A DNA stretch of 56,556 nucleotides, the filler included, from Streblomastix strix (taxonomy: Eukaryota): NCBI GenBank assembly GCA_008636045.1. It is 2 parts of 2 records of this genome, joined end to end, with 100 filler letters (N's around TTAATTAATTAA, not from the genome) between each part and the next. Parts side by side here need not be neighbours in the genome. Positions count along the whole stretch, not along the records: positions 1 to 28,281 come from SNRW01000127.1; positions 28,382 to 56,556 come from SNRW01000128.1. The stretch is one strand, 5' to 3'. The notes under the pieces were generated by a model. That model saw only the letters and a program-made list of their open reading frames with translations, ran no database searches and was not told the origin of the DNA. A program made the translations under genes and the position numbers. Within the stretch, counting starts at the first letter, position 1, and every line of letters starts with the position of its first letter. Positions 19,516 to 32,230 of this stretch are shown here, piece after piece.

Positions 19516-22101
19516 ATGGAAAAAGAATTAAATATGAAAAATGCTAGGTTTCATTTAACTCCAAAAACAAGAAGAAATCGAATATATAATATTCTTAAGT
19601 CAATTGATTAAGAATGCAATGGTTGTATCGAAGACGCTTTAATTTTTATTTTATAACATAACCATCACGGAAAAACGGTATTTGCTGAAGTTAGTAAAAA
19701 TTATGATAATATGAATAATATTTACTAATTTAGTCATATTAGAATTTCTATTTAATTCAGGAAAGACAAATTCAATGCTTTCGAACATTGCTGAATTTTA
19801 TAATCGATTTGATTCTTAATTGAATCGAACAATGGCATTACATTAAATTTCAATCACTTTCACTTTTGATTAACTTTAACAATATATACCTAATATAACA
19901 AAAGGATGTAACGATTATGCAAAATGTTAATATTAATATTCTGATTCTTATTATTAAAGAAATTCTAGTGTTCTTGCAGCTGAGAGAAAAGAAATAATAA
20001 TAAATTTTACTAATTTACATTCAACTTCTTCAAATAAACTTAAATATATTAAATAAAAACCATATTTGAAAAATATTAACAAAAATCATTCATAAAAAAT
20101 TAGTTTATCCAATAATTTATTTCAAACTAATTAAAATTTTAATAATAATTAAGATATAAATAATAATATCAGTATTAAAAACGACTAAAAATTTGATAAT
20201 TAGATAAAAAATTAAGAGATTAATTAATAAAATCAAAACTAAGAACAAGATATTAAGTTGACAAATTCAAATAAATTATTAAACATAAAAATTGAAAGAA
20301 AATCAAAAAATGAAGCTAAAAAAATCTGTCTAACTACAAACAAATAATACAAAAAATTAACAATTATCAGTTTAAAAAACAGTAATAATAAATCCATAAT
20401 TAATCTTTGAACTTTTATAAATCTAACGAAAACTTGATTAATCCTCTATAAACACCAGTTTAAAACAAATAGATAATTTAGTAATATTATACTCCAAATG
20501 CAAATAACTCAATTATTAAATCATAACAATAAATATAAATTGAAGAAAAATGATAAAGGAAAGTATAATGATAATTAAACTAAAAAATATTAGACTTTAG
20601 TGGGGATTCAAGTGATTTGGATGATGAAACATATTCTGATAGTTGCTAATCAGATAATGAATCTTCAAATGAATAATATGAACAATTAAGTATTGATGTT
20701 GGTTCTTCAGATTCTAATTAAAACTCTGATATAGAAGAAATTTCTGAAAATGAATATAATAATAAAATAGAAATTAACGAATAGAGGAGAAAACTGATGT
20801 AATATGAAGAAGATACAGAAAGTATTTCAAAAAATTCAAATCATGAATATAAATATTAATCAATGTTTATAGATAATAAATTAATAATAGATTAAATAGA
20901 TTTATTAAAATTAAATACAGAAAAATATTAATAAAAGAAAAAGAAAAAAAAAGATAACGAACAAAATAATATTAATTAATTAATATAAGAATAGTTCACC
21001 ATACCTAAGAATAACTTTATAATATATATATTTAAGATACTAAAGATAGGTTGGTATTATCAACTTTTAAATTAGTAGTAGCTTAGAGATATTAATTTGC
21101 AACTGAAGAATAAGACAAATGCGATTATTGCTTAAAACTTAAATAATTACAATAAATATATAATGAAAAATAATTATCAAATGAATAATTAGAAGACTTA
21201 TAATCTATGTCAATACACGAATAATCATTTTAGAATTAAAGATAAAATAATATTAATCTAAATATGTACCCCCAATAAGATGAATGTATTATCATGACCG
21301 ACTTTAAGCAAAATATTACACTCCCATTAAAAAGGATTTATAGATCATAAGACTTCTTTAAATATATCTGAATTTCAATATTAACAACAATGATATATTA
21401 TATGGATTAAAGTAAAGTATTAAAAAGATATTATACTTTCATAAGTGAACAATTGTCACGCGATGCTGTATTCGTAAACGATTGTATTGAGCATCTTCTT
21501 AACAGAAAATTCTTTAGAAGATTCAAAAAATACCAATTTTGGAGAGACAACGGAAAAAACTTCAAGTCATCATACTTCTATTATCTTCTTCTTTCATCCC
21601 AATCACGTATTCATTAATTAGGTAATTGTATAATTAATTTTTAAGGTGAAAAACACGGCAAATGTGAGGCTGACTGCTTCTTTGGATTACTATCTTTATT
21701 CTTAAAATAACAAAAAATAATTTATTAAATGGAGCCGATCTTTGATTTATTTAAAATATTAGTTTAGTGGGAATTTATTAATGGAAAAGATGGTGAAAAA
21801 TATCAAAATGAATTCTTTCTCTATGATGATTTAATGGTTAACTTGATGATGGAAAGTTAATAATTGATTAAGCACAAATTTTTTCATAATTATATTGTAT
21901 TAATAATTAAATATATGGAAAAGTCTTCTCAAATTTATTGAAAGATTAAGAACTTTAACAAACCATGAAGAAAAAGAGAATTGGAATGTGAAAGATAAGA
22001 AAGCTCCAATAAATTTTGAAAACAAAAAGTAGTTATTTGGTAAAAGGACAAAAAATATATTGATGAAAAGATCAGAAAAAGACTTAAATACAAAATAATG
22101 A
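19516..22101 (+). pseudogene. Sola2-like DDD transposase, frameshifted
   Basis: Core frame gives IMTDFKQNITLP (~21300), FWRDNGKNFKS (~21540) and EKHGKCEADCFFG (~21650), matching the DFxEN / SDG..FK / HGK...D pattern. The upstream part changes frame more than once. Confidence 0.65.
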
Positions 22102-22260
22102 AAAAATAAAGAATGAAATTCATATATTATCTCACATATGTATATTTATTTCATGTTTTTCTTATATTTTATAGTTAATATATATTATTAACATAAATTT
22201 ATTATTAATTTTTAATATATTGTAAACAAATAAATAAATTTGAATAATGAATATTAATAC

Positions 22261-23220
22261 CTTAAGGATAAATACGTTTGATTTTCTCGATTTCTTTTTT
22301 TTGAGATTTTACGAGTTCAATGAATTTCTTTCTTCATCCTTAAATCTGTTTGATTCTTTTATTGATTTAATCTTTTCTTCTTTCTTTTTCTTGATTCAGA
22401 AGAATGATCAATTATTTCTTTTGAATTTTATTATCCTAAAATATTAATTCATTTATTTTTTATTTCTTTTTCTCCTTTGTTCTTTAATTCTCACAGATTT
22501 GGAATCCGAATTGATGTAGGTCGAAGTTCATCTACAGTTAATATTAATCGTTGAATATTATCAAGAAGTCCACATTTCACATGATTTGGTGCAATACTTT
22601 CTGTTTATGAGGAAGATGAAGATTATGAACTATTAATGAATGTATATTGGACTTTCTAGTTGAATCCAGTTGTCATCAGTGAAATTCGGAAGATTTCAAT
22701 ATCTTCAATAAGTTCTCAAAATGCTTTGCTTCCTTAATTTGATGTCTTTTCATCTCGAGACTGAATATAAAGAAAATATAAAATGAAATAAAATAAAATA
22801 TGAAAATATACATTTAAGTAATAAATAATAAAATCAGTTGCAGTTCTAACAATAATAATTTTATCATCCATTACATTTCGAACTCCAATAAATTTGTTCA
22901 GTAAATGCATCAATTTTTATTTCTATGCTAAATCTTTGCTTTCACGATTTAAAATTATAAAAAATGTGAATTAATGATATTGAATAATAATAAAATTAAA
23001 TAATACCGTTAACAACAATGTTCAGTAGTCGTCTAAGTGAAGGAGCTTATAGATTGATGTTATCTTATTTGAGATCTTGAATCAAATGAAGAGTGGTTGT
23101 CTGAAAAAATAAATAAAATGAGCAAATATGAATTAAAATATAAAATATAGATGGATTCACATCTTAACCGGTTAATATACCAAAATGTGCAGGATTATCA
23201 GGACCATTTGTTGATTCATA
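22261..23220 (-). pseudogene. Intron-containing fragment of a helical-repeat/coiled-coil host-family gene inside the Sola-like element
   Basis: Exons about 23161-23220, 23008-23100, 22812-22936 and 22261-22761 with GT-AG borders. Reads SRDEKTSNQGSKAF*ELIEDIEIFRISLMTTGF...HVKCGLLDNI. TGAs at 22716, 22491 and 22449. Appears truncated. Confidence 0.55.
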
Positions 23221-24039
23221 AATCTAATAAAGAAAATAAGAATAAAGCAATGATAAATAATTAATTAATTTTAGCTATAAATATATATATATATATATAT
23301 ATAATTTGAATGGTTTTAGAAAGACTAGATTTTTATTTTCAAAATAAAGTTAAAAAATGAAACATGTTTAGAAAGCAACGAGGAAAATGAAATAAATTAA
23401 AAAATTTTGAAATATTAATGTAAAAATATCATATCAAATTTATTTAGACTTTGTGCGATATTTTGATAGTTGAGTATGCGAGAAATGACGCACCTTTATA
23501 GAAATAAAAATTGGTTGCCATTATTTGTATAAACATTCTGACAATTTGAAATTTTGTTTATATTAGAATAAAAAATAATTAAGATTGAAATTTATCAATA
23601 TATTCTAATTGGCCATTCGCATTGACACACATCAAATAAACACGGTTTTATTATATTTATATTGTTTTGAACCTAAATTAAATGTTATTAAAGTATATAT
23701 ATTCTCGATTAGTACTTATTTTAATTTTTAAATTTCAAATTAATTTTTTGTGCCAATTTTAAACTTCAATTGAACTTTTTTTATATTAAATGATATATTA
23801 TGCGGGATATATGTAATTAAATTAATATTTCATACTAATTTTTCAAATTTAATTTATTAATTGTATTGATTAATTTCTATTTTATTTCATAATAATAACA
23901 AAATTATTGATAATTACATTAATTTAATTTTATCATTCCAGTTTTGTTTAATTTATCATTGTTTTTTTTAGTGTAACATTTTAAATTTTTAATAGTTTAT
24001 TAAATAATATTTGCATATTAACCTCATATTCCTTTATTT

Positions 24040-25082
24040 ATGTCATAGTTACAAACAAACTGTTCTCTGATACTCTTTCAAATCGCATTCCAGAGATACC
24101 TCAACAGAACTTCATTAGTGAACTAGAACACAAAAGTAAGATGCCTACAATATTATTGGGTACATCACATATAAGAAATATGAATACCAATGTTATTATA
24201 TGCTAGATTAGAGTTGATTATATTAACTCGGATGTACGACTATTGCGAGCAATTTATAAAACAACTCGTCAAGTTCCTATATAGAAAGACTGCATTGTTA
24301 CTATTGGAACCGCACCAATTGATATACCATAAGATTGGATTTGATTTAAAGCTATTCATTCAGAGTTTGATAGACCGATTGCTGTTGAGAATCAGATACA
24401 TTCGGAATGCAATGTATATCCATTGATTAGATTTGAAAAGAAACCATCAGTATCGAGAGCATAATAAATGATTGATGAGAATAGAATTACCATTTAATCA
24501 AATCAAACTCAATAAAAATAAGAAATAGAATAAAAATAATAATCAAGTTCAGAAAGAAAAGAAACTTCAACAACTCCTTTTGCATAAACATGGAACGCTG
24601 GAATGTTCGTATTCCAAGTGTAAACAATGGAATTGGCACTACTAACTTTTCATCACATGATATATGCAATCTACTTAGATGTACGCAAAGCAAGTTGTGA
24701 AGTAGAAAGAAATAATGCATTTCGTCGTTTTCCAAATAAGATCAAGAATCCACTAAATCCAAATACATAAGTAGATTGGAGTATTGATTATTGAATAATG
24801 ATGCGTTTGACAGACGGAGCTTTACACACTGCTACAATCACATAAACAAATATTCCATTTAAATAAGAATCTTAATCAAAATAATAATCTTAATAAAATA
24901 TTTAAATTACAATAACAGTTAATAAATTAATACATTTGACAATTTTTCAGCTATAATCATTCAATGCAACTTCCAATGGTTCGATGTTGGTGGATATTCT
25001 GCATTTCAGAATGTTAAATCAATCACTTAAGATTCAAATAGTAATATTCTAATTGAAAACTGAGATTAGATTAAATATTTGA
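24040..25082 (+). pseudogene. Hypothetical gene fragment inside the Sola-like element
   Basis: About 300-codon coding-like frame (SDTLSNRIPEIPQQNF...) with TGAs at 24342 and 24792. Ends are frameshifted or ill-defined. Confidence 0.45.
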
Positions 25083-26288
25083 TTAAAAGCTTGATTTTTT
25101 GTGGAATACTGAAATAGAGCAAGAGGAATTAGATGATAATGAATATAGAAGAAGAAAGAGAAAAGAAATAGAATTGTTCAGGAGATTATAAGTTTATTGT
25201 TGATAATTTGAACGTATTTAATTGTTAATGATAAATTAATTGATTAAATTATATTACTTTAAAATTTTAATATTATTTTCTATATAAATTGAATATAGGA
25301 TTATGTTGTAGTTTTAAAGAAAGAAGGAACCTTAGCTCTTATTTTAGATTCCATCTTCACATTCCTGAAAGGTTTCAAATATATCTCAAATAAACATGAA
25401 AATGATAAATAACATATTTTTGAAGAATGAAAGATTATTGAGATTGTTTAAAAACTGAAATATGAAATTAATAAAATAAATGAGTAATAAATTCATTAAC
25501 AAATAATTAAATTAATTGTTTAATATTTATTTTCTAAATTTATGTATTTTATTTTTAATGGATTTAAGATTTAATTAATTTATAATTTGTTGAAAAAGAA
25601 AAAAATGGAGTATTTCATTTTAACCCAAAAAATTCCAATTTTTGCTACATGAACTATTAATTTTTAATTTGGTTAAATTTTATTTATAAATACATATATT
25701 AACTAAATATTTTATAGTTATTCGAAATCGATATAAAAATAAAATTTTTAAAAATTATATTATTATCTACGCACATGTGGTGAAATTTCAAAAATATTTA
25801 TTTTAATTTATCTTATATTTAAACGTTATTTATGTTTTATATGGTTTTATCTCAAATTGGCACTTTTATCGGTTGAAATCTTGAACATAATTAGCCGACC
25901 TCATATAATTTTGAATTCAATTTTATAATTTCAACTTTTATTACAGTTGCGCCATGGCATTATAATAGCGAGAATATTCCTGTTTTTTTATGATTACTTT
26001 GTGATTTTCACGATGAACAACATTTAATATTAAAGTTAGAATACGCTTTTATATGATTTTTTCTCATTTTTTTATTTTTCTTCCATTTCTTACTATTTAC
26101 ATATACATCCAATTTATTTATTATAGTCAGTTAATTAATGTACTATTATACATTCAATTGCATAGTTGAAAAATGCATTAACAGTATTAGAAACAGAGAA
26201 AACTTAAATAGTTTTCTAAATAATATGATATATTTTTTCTTTTTCAATTCAATTTATGTTATCTACACAGTGATTATATAATACATAT

Positions 26289-27100
26289 GGGAGTGTCCAT
26301 TCAGTAGGATCACATCTTATTTTTTTATTTAAAAATATTTAAAATATTTTTTTGAACAATAGCTGGAGTTGCAAATTTTTCGATTTGTCTCGGCAATAAA
26401 AACAAACAAAAAATATAATTTTATTTTTTTATCATCATAGAAGTTATATTATTATTTAGTTTTTATTAAAAATATATTTTAAAATTTTTTCAGACACATT
26501 GAAGGACAATTACGACGTTTTTAGCGGCATGCGCTCGTGAAACAGAAAATTTTAGTTTTTTCGATTTTTTATTCTACTCACCATTTCAAATTCTTCAATT
26601 ATTGTAATTTAATATAATTAACATTAAAATACTAATTTTATAATTATTCAATTTAATTTATCTCAAAATTCGCTCACGTATTTTACAAAAAAAATTTAAA
26701 TTGAAATTTCGCAAATAAGCATAGCTATAATTATAATTTTTATTGGTCCAATTTTTAAAAAATTAATATTAATAAAGTATTTTACAAAAAAAATAGTAAT
26801 TAAGCATGAAATGGGCGGAAAAAACGATAAATTAAAAAATAATCGGTTTTCACGAATGTGCGCCACTGAAAATGTAGTTTTTATCCTTCAATATACCTGA
26901 AAAAATTTAAAAAAATATTTAAAATAAAAATTTAATAATAAGATTAGCTTTTTGCTGTTGAAAAACATGAATATATTTTTTGCTTAATTTTTCAGAGGAT
27001 GCAAATCTAAATGTTTGCAATTCCAATTTTTGTTTATAAATTTATATTAAATTTTTTAAAATTAAAAAAAGTAGTAGGTTGTTTGTGATTGGAAACACCC
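26289..27100. mobile_element. MITE / foldback element with long imperfect TIRs (~270 bp)
   Basis: ATAT|GGGAGTGTCCATTCA versus TGATTGGAAACACCC|ATAT. Internal arms also pair (TTTTCAGACACATTGAAGGA..GCGGCATGCGCTCGTGAAA with TTTCACGAATGTGCGCCAC..TCCTTCAATATACCTGAAAA). Confidence 0.75.
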
Positions 27101-28381
27101 ATATGTTTATTTTTATAAAGATAAGACTTTTATGTGTAATATTATGTTTAAATTTTTTTTGTAATATTTATTTTTAATAAATATTGAATAAAAATACAAT
27201 AAAGATTAAATTAAATATAATTAATAAAAAGAATCATTTTTTCATCATTATGTCAACAAGTAAAAGATGAAATATATATGCATTTATTCCACATCTATAT
27301 ATAATCTTATTAGAATTGATAATATTTTTCACATCAAGATGCAACTGCATGAAAAAAAATATTATACTATGTTGCCGTTATTTCGCTTAATTTTTTGTAC
27401 GGTATTTTGGAACAGTTGATTTTGGCATATGGAACATTTGCGAAGTTTTGCTCTCTCGTATAAATTAATAGAAGCTGTTACCTGAGCTCAAAGGCTAGAG
27501 GCCTCACAAAGGATCTGGTTTCTATGAGACTCTGGAATCAACTAATCTTGATGTTCTACCAGAAAAGAAAGTATGAGTGTTTACTAATTTCATTTCTTGA
27601 TTTTAAACAATAACAAACTATATGTAGTTTAATTATAAAATATCTTATGAATGTCAAAACAAAATGGATTTATATTTTAATCAAATAACTTTTTATTTGA
27701 ATACTTTACATACCAAACAAATTCGAACTGATTATGCCAAATCATTCTATAATTAAACTTCATTCACTAAAGATTACAGGATTAATAATCACAGAAATTT
27801 GTCGATAGATTTTGTCAGATTTACTGCTTATCGTAGAACAGCACTTATAGACTCCGCTTTTTGTGGAAATAAAGAGTACTAACTTCATTTTTTTAATCCT
27901 TCAACTTCTATTCTCTCGAATATCTCGTCATGCAGTTCATTTCCTATTTTATCACTTTTTTAACGTCAAGATTCATAACAATTCATTAAAGAATGTGAAG
28001 AATTGAAATAATTGAATAGTCACATTCATTCCTTTTATCCCCAGCACAGCACATCAGATTCGAAATAATTTTCATTTCATTCAGCTCATGAATCAACGCT
28101 TTATTTTAGGGGATTTTTCCGCAGCAAAAAATTTGTCTTTGATGGTTGAAAAATGAGATTTGTGCGCGCTTCGTATATTCTTATTGCTTATAGTTATATT
28201 ATATATTTATAATAAAATTATGATAATTTTATGCATGCGCACACTCTTTTGATGAAATTGAAATATTATTGTTTTTTCATTNNNNNNNNNNNNNNNNNNN
28301 NNNNNNNNNNNNNNNNNNNNNNNNNTTAATTAATTAANNNNNNNNNNNNNNNNNNNNNNNNNNNNNNNNNNNNNNNNNNNN

Positions 28382-29849
28382 ATATTTTAAATCCATTATC
28401 TCAATAATAGCAAAAAACTTAACCTACATAAGCATATATAATAACTCCATAATAATAAATATCTTCCTCATATAAAATATTACCTTCTATTTAATAAGAA
28501 CAATCATCTTCATCATCTTAACATTAATAAAATTCTTAATCTACAGTTATATAAAAGCATAATCAGCTTTATTCTTCTTAATAAATTCAACCAATAAAGT
28601 AAATATAATTATAATAATAATAATAATAACCAATAAAATTAGAAGATAACTAAAAAAAGAAAGAGCGATCCAATAGTTAGAAATCAAACTAAAAGGAATT
28701 TCAGTTCAAAGGAAATGAAATCAAAGGTTAATAAAATGTTATGAATAATAAATTAAAATAATGTCAAATGAAATCAATCTCAAAAGATTCTCATTCTGAT
28801 GAAGATACTTAAATTAATAAAAAGATGAAGAAAAAGAAAGAAAATAATAATACTGAGAAAGGTCTGTAAAAATCTACTTTTTATTTGAAAAACAATCAAA
28901 ATAAAGATTATTTGGTAGAAAATGAATTAAAATTAATTGTATAAGATGAATAAATGTAAATAAATATTAAAGATAAAGAAGTTGAGAAATAAAAACATCA
29001 GAATTCTGACATAAATGGGAAAGAATAAGAAATGGAAAAGAAAATAAGTAAGAAACCTTAAAATAGAAAAAGTGAAGCAAGAATTATAGATTTGAAATCA
29101 AGAGAAAGGTATTCAATTTTAATATTAATAAATGCATATTGAATATATATTAATTTATTTTATATTCATAATTATATTTTACTCATATCAGGTCAAAAAT
29201 CAAGAGAACAAATGTCAAAAGCAAAGTTCGTATATAGAAGATTTATGATGATGAAGATTCTACAGAAAATATAGAAGATAAAAATGAATAAGAAATGAAC
29301 AATAATACTACAGCAATAAAAAGTAATAAGAATAAAAAATAAACTAAAAAGAAAAAGAATAAAAAAGAAAAAGAAGATAATTCCGACAAATCAAGTGAAT
29401 CTTCAACAATAAGTTAATTTTCTTCTTCTTCATCATTCAATTCGCCAACTCTTACATCATCTTATTCTCACCATCTGAAAGACTTTGTAATAGCACAATC
29501 CTCCCTTTAAATATAATAATAGTAATAATAGTTGTAAATATCTTCTGGATCAAATCCTAATCATCTCACACTGCCAATGTCAACTTCATTTTCAACTGAA
29601 TCTAATTTTGATTCAACATCAGAAATGCATAATGAAAGTTCAGATGAAAGTATGAAAGAATGTCTCTATTATAATTTATTGCAATGAAAAGATAGTGAGT
29701 AAGAATAAGAATATGTTATTTAAACATAAAATTAATATCATGAAATTCAATAAATCTACATCAGGGATTGCATTTCAGTTAATTTGTTAATTTTCATATG
29801 CATTTCAGTGATAGTCGAAAATTCTTCGACAAACACAAATATTATATGA
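28382..29849 (+). CDS. Partial Q/S/K-rich hypothetical protein (5' end lost in gap; possibly continues the split gene)
   Basis: Open frame from the gap with an intron at about 29109-29191. TGA at 29685 is followed by further coding-like sequence (KDSEQEQEYVIQTQ) to TGA 29847. Confidence 0.55.
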
Positions 29850-30129
29850 ATATTAATTAATAAAAAAACAAAAATAAACAACATGGATATAATATTTATA
29901 ACAATATCTTTATTTATATTTAATAACTGAGCCTATAATCAACAGATTATTTGTAAAAATATTTATAAAAAAAAGAACAAAAATTTAGAAAATTAGCTTT
30001 AAAATCGGTGCCTATGGTAAAAAATCAAGAAAATAAAAATGTAAAAAAAACTTTCCTAGAGTCCTGTTGCATTCAACCTGAAATTTAAATAAAATTACAA
30101 ATAAAATATAAATTCAATAATTAATAATA

Positions 30130-31460
30130 ATTTAAATTCTTAATTCTCTTCATTATATTATAAATATTCTATTCAAACTTTCACCTTCCCAAGGATATTC
30201 CCCTGATCCAAAGATAGCAGATGAATCAGCTATTCCGATGCCTAATTAGAAATATGAATAAATAATATATTAAGAGAATGAAGTTGATGAAAATAAAAGA
30301 TAATGATATTTTATCCAAACAAAATATTATTATTATATTTTCTATTATTTATATAGATATACCAGATAGTGAATATGCGATATAATAAGATAATAAAATA
30401 ATTCATACAGACACATGGGACAGATCTATAGTAGCATTCAATCCTGTCATATCAAATGGGATTGTCAGATTCGGAAGGATTCATTGAGAAGCTTTTAAAT
30501 CTGACTATTCCACTTAATTTGTCAGGGTTAAATGTTATGTTACATCTGTAACCATTGTCTGTTTTTATTATTTTATTATCTTTTTACATTGCATGTTTTT
30601 TTATCTGGAATTATAGATTAATAAGTAATTGTTTCTGCTAAGGCTCTTTAATTTCCTTATCTCATTTTTTATCCTTTAATTCCTTTTGTACTTGAATATT
30701 AAACATTCTCGAATCTTGAAACTGTAAATTAGGAATTTGCATCTTTAAGGTATATCTATATTGAATAAGAATATAAGAATATAAATAGAGAGAATGACTT
30801 TTCTCTATATATCATTGATTAAGAATAAACGAAATTAATTGTGAATTATATGATATTAAATAAAATAAGTAATTTAAAATAAAATAATAATTTATATTCT
30901 CAGTTTTATTTATTATATATAAATATTTTATTCATACTTTCACCTTTATAAGGATTTTCCTTTGAATCAAAGACAGTTGATGAGTCAACAATTCCAATCA
31001 CTAATCAGAAATATCCTTGTAGGTATAATACCTAATAAATGATATGCTTATTAAGAAGGACATAAAATAATTCATAAAGACACATGGTATAGATCCACAG
31101 TAGCATTCAATCCTGTCATATCAAATGGGATTGTCAGATTCGGAAGGGTTCTTTGAGAAGCTTTTAAATCTGACTATTCCATATAATATGACAAGGTTAA
31201 ATGCTATGTTGCATCTGTAACCATTGTCTGTTTTTATTATTTAAAGTCCTTATTAAATAGCATGTTTATTTATCTGCTATAATACCTACAAGCATATTTG
31301 GATTAGAAGAAATATGATCTGAAATATATTGAATAGTTTATAAAATAAATAAAAAATAAAAATGCAGCTTTTAAACCTTATTAATTCCAGGTCCATCAAC
31401 ACTGGGTTAGTTCAGAATGCTAGGAGCTATTTAATTTCTTTGAGAATTGGATTCTAACAT
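30130..31460. pseudogene. Duplicated, rearranged fragments of a SPRY-like domain gene family on both strands
   Basis: Plus strand KIIHTDTWDRSIVAFNPVISNGIVRFG. Minus strand CNIAFNLVILYGIVRF, IGIADSSAIFGSGEYPWEGE and IGIVDSSTVFDSKENPYKGE. Direct repeat 30394-30610 vs 31063-31278. The SPRY assignment is from recall, not a search. Confidence 0.5.
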
Positions 31461-32230
31461 TTCTAATAATGTGAAATAAGTAAAAAAAAAATAAAAAAAA
31501 ATATTTTCTAAATAATAAAGTTGGTGTAGTTAGATGAATAATTAAAATAAAAATAAAAATAAAATCGTAATGTAAGATTAATTCGGCAATTTAAATTTTA
31601 AATTAAGAGTGCAGTATTTGTGAATAAGAGTGTAAAAGTCGTAAATCTGCTAGTGGATGTTGTAAACCAATGTGTGGTAATAGGAAATTAGTGTGTGGTA
31701 GTATATCAGTGCACTACATTTTATAAGCAATGTTCTACTTTTTGAAATCAAAATATGGCAATTGTAACCGAGTTAGCGTCGGTTTTAAATTATTTTCTGG
31801 AGTTAATGAACTGGATAGCATTAGTTATTTGTTGGCATTCAAATTTGCAGATAAATATGTTATAGCTTCATATAATAAGGCGGATAGTAACATTCTATGT
31901 AATGAACTCGAAAACAATTATTATAATATTGAACATATTTCATAATTGCAGAATATCTTTTTTGTCAATATTATTAATTAAAAGTATTTTAAGTAAAATA
32001 TTGACAAAATGTCAAAGCAAAGTGCTCAAACCCCATTTGAAATTTTATTAGATCTTTGAGGAGAACAAAGTATATGGACGTGTTAGATAACATTTTAAAT
32101 TTGATATAAATACATAAAAATTTAATTGATTAATTCAAATTTAGAACATAATACACTATATTTTACAAGTTTTTAATGTTTTTATTTCTTCTTTGCTTTC
32201 TTTTTTTTTTTCACCAGGATTATATTCGAC

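Larger units (their letters stand above)
19352..25902 (+). mobile_element. Sola2-like DNA transposon, 6.55 kb, with degenerate transposase and extra gene fragments
   Basis: 22-bp TIR GAGGTCAGCTAATTATGTTCAA (19352-19373) and its inverse at 25881-25902 (1 mismatch). ATAT on both flanks. 5'-GRG ends and 4-bp TSDs are described for Sola2. Confidence 0.75.
18630..27402. mobile_element. Non-autonomous Tc1/mariner-type TIR element (~1.4 kb own sequence) hosting two nested insertions
   Basis: Left TA|CAGTACAAACTTTTAAGCGAAATAATGGCAAC versus reverse complement of right end CCGTACAAAAAATTAAGCGAAATAACGGCAAC (27/32 identical). TA on both flanks. Confidence 0.75.
18505..28149 (+). pseudogene. Host gene (hypothetical protein) split by the 8.8-kb nested transposon insertion
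   Basis: Joining 18505-18629 to 27405-27570 gives one frame (...YSN*RKRLCC-Y-FGTVDFGIWNICEVLL...LPEKK). It ends at a GTATG donor (27571). The intron runs to 27627, then a phase-compatible open exon spans 27628-28149. Confidence 0.65.

Noticed and set aside
21360..22720. TGAs at 21369, 22449, 22491 and 22716 as code evidence
   Set aside because: They lie in decayed transposon or cargo sequence at positions with no reason to be Trp, so ordinary nonsense mutations are likely.
31605..31720. GT-rich patch with AGTGCA/TGCACT ends, possible ncRNA
   Set aside because: Only 6 bp of pairing and no recognisable RNA family motif.
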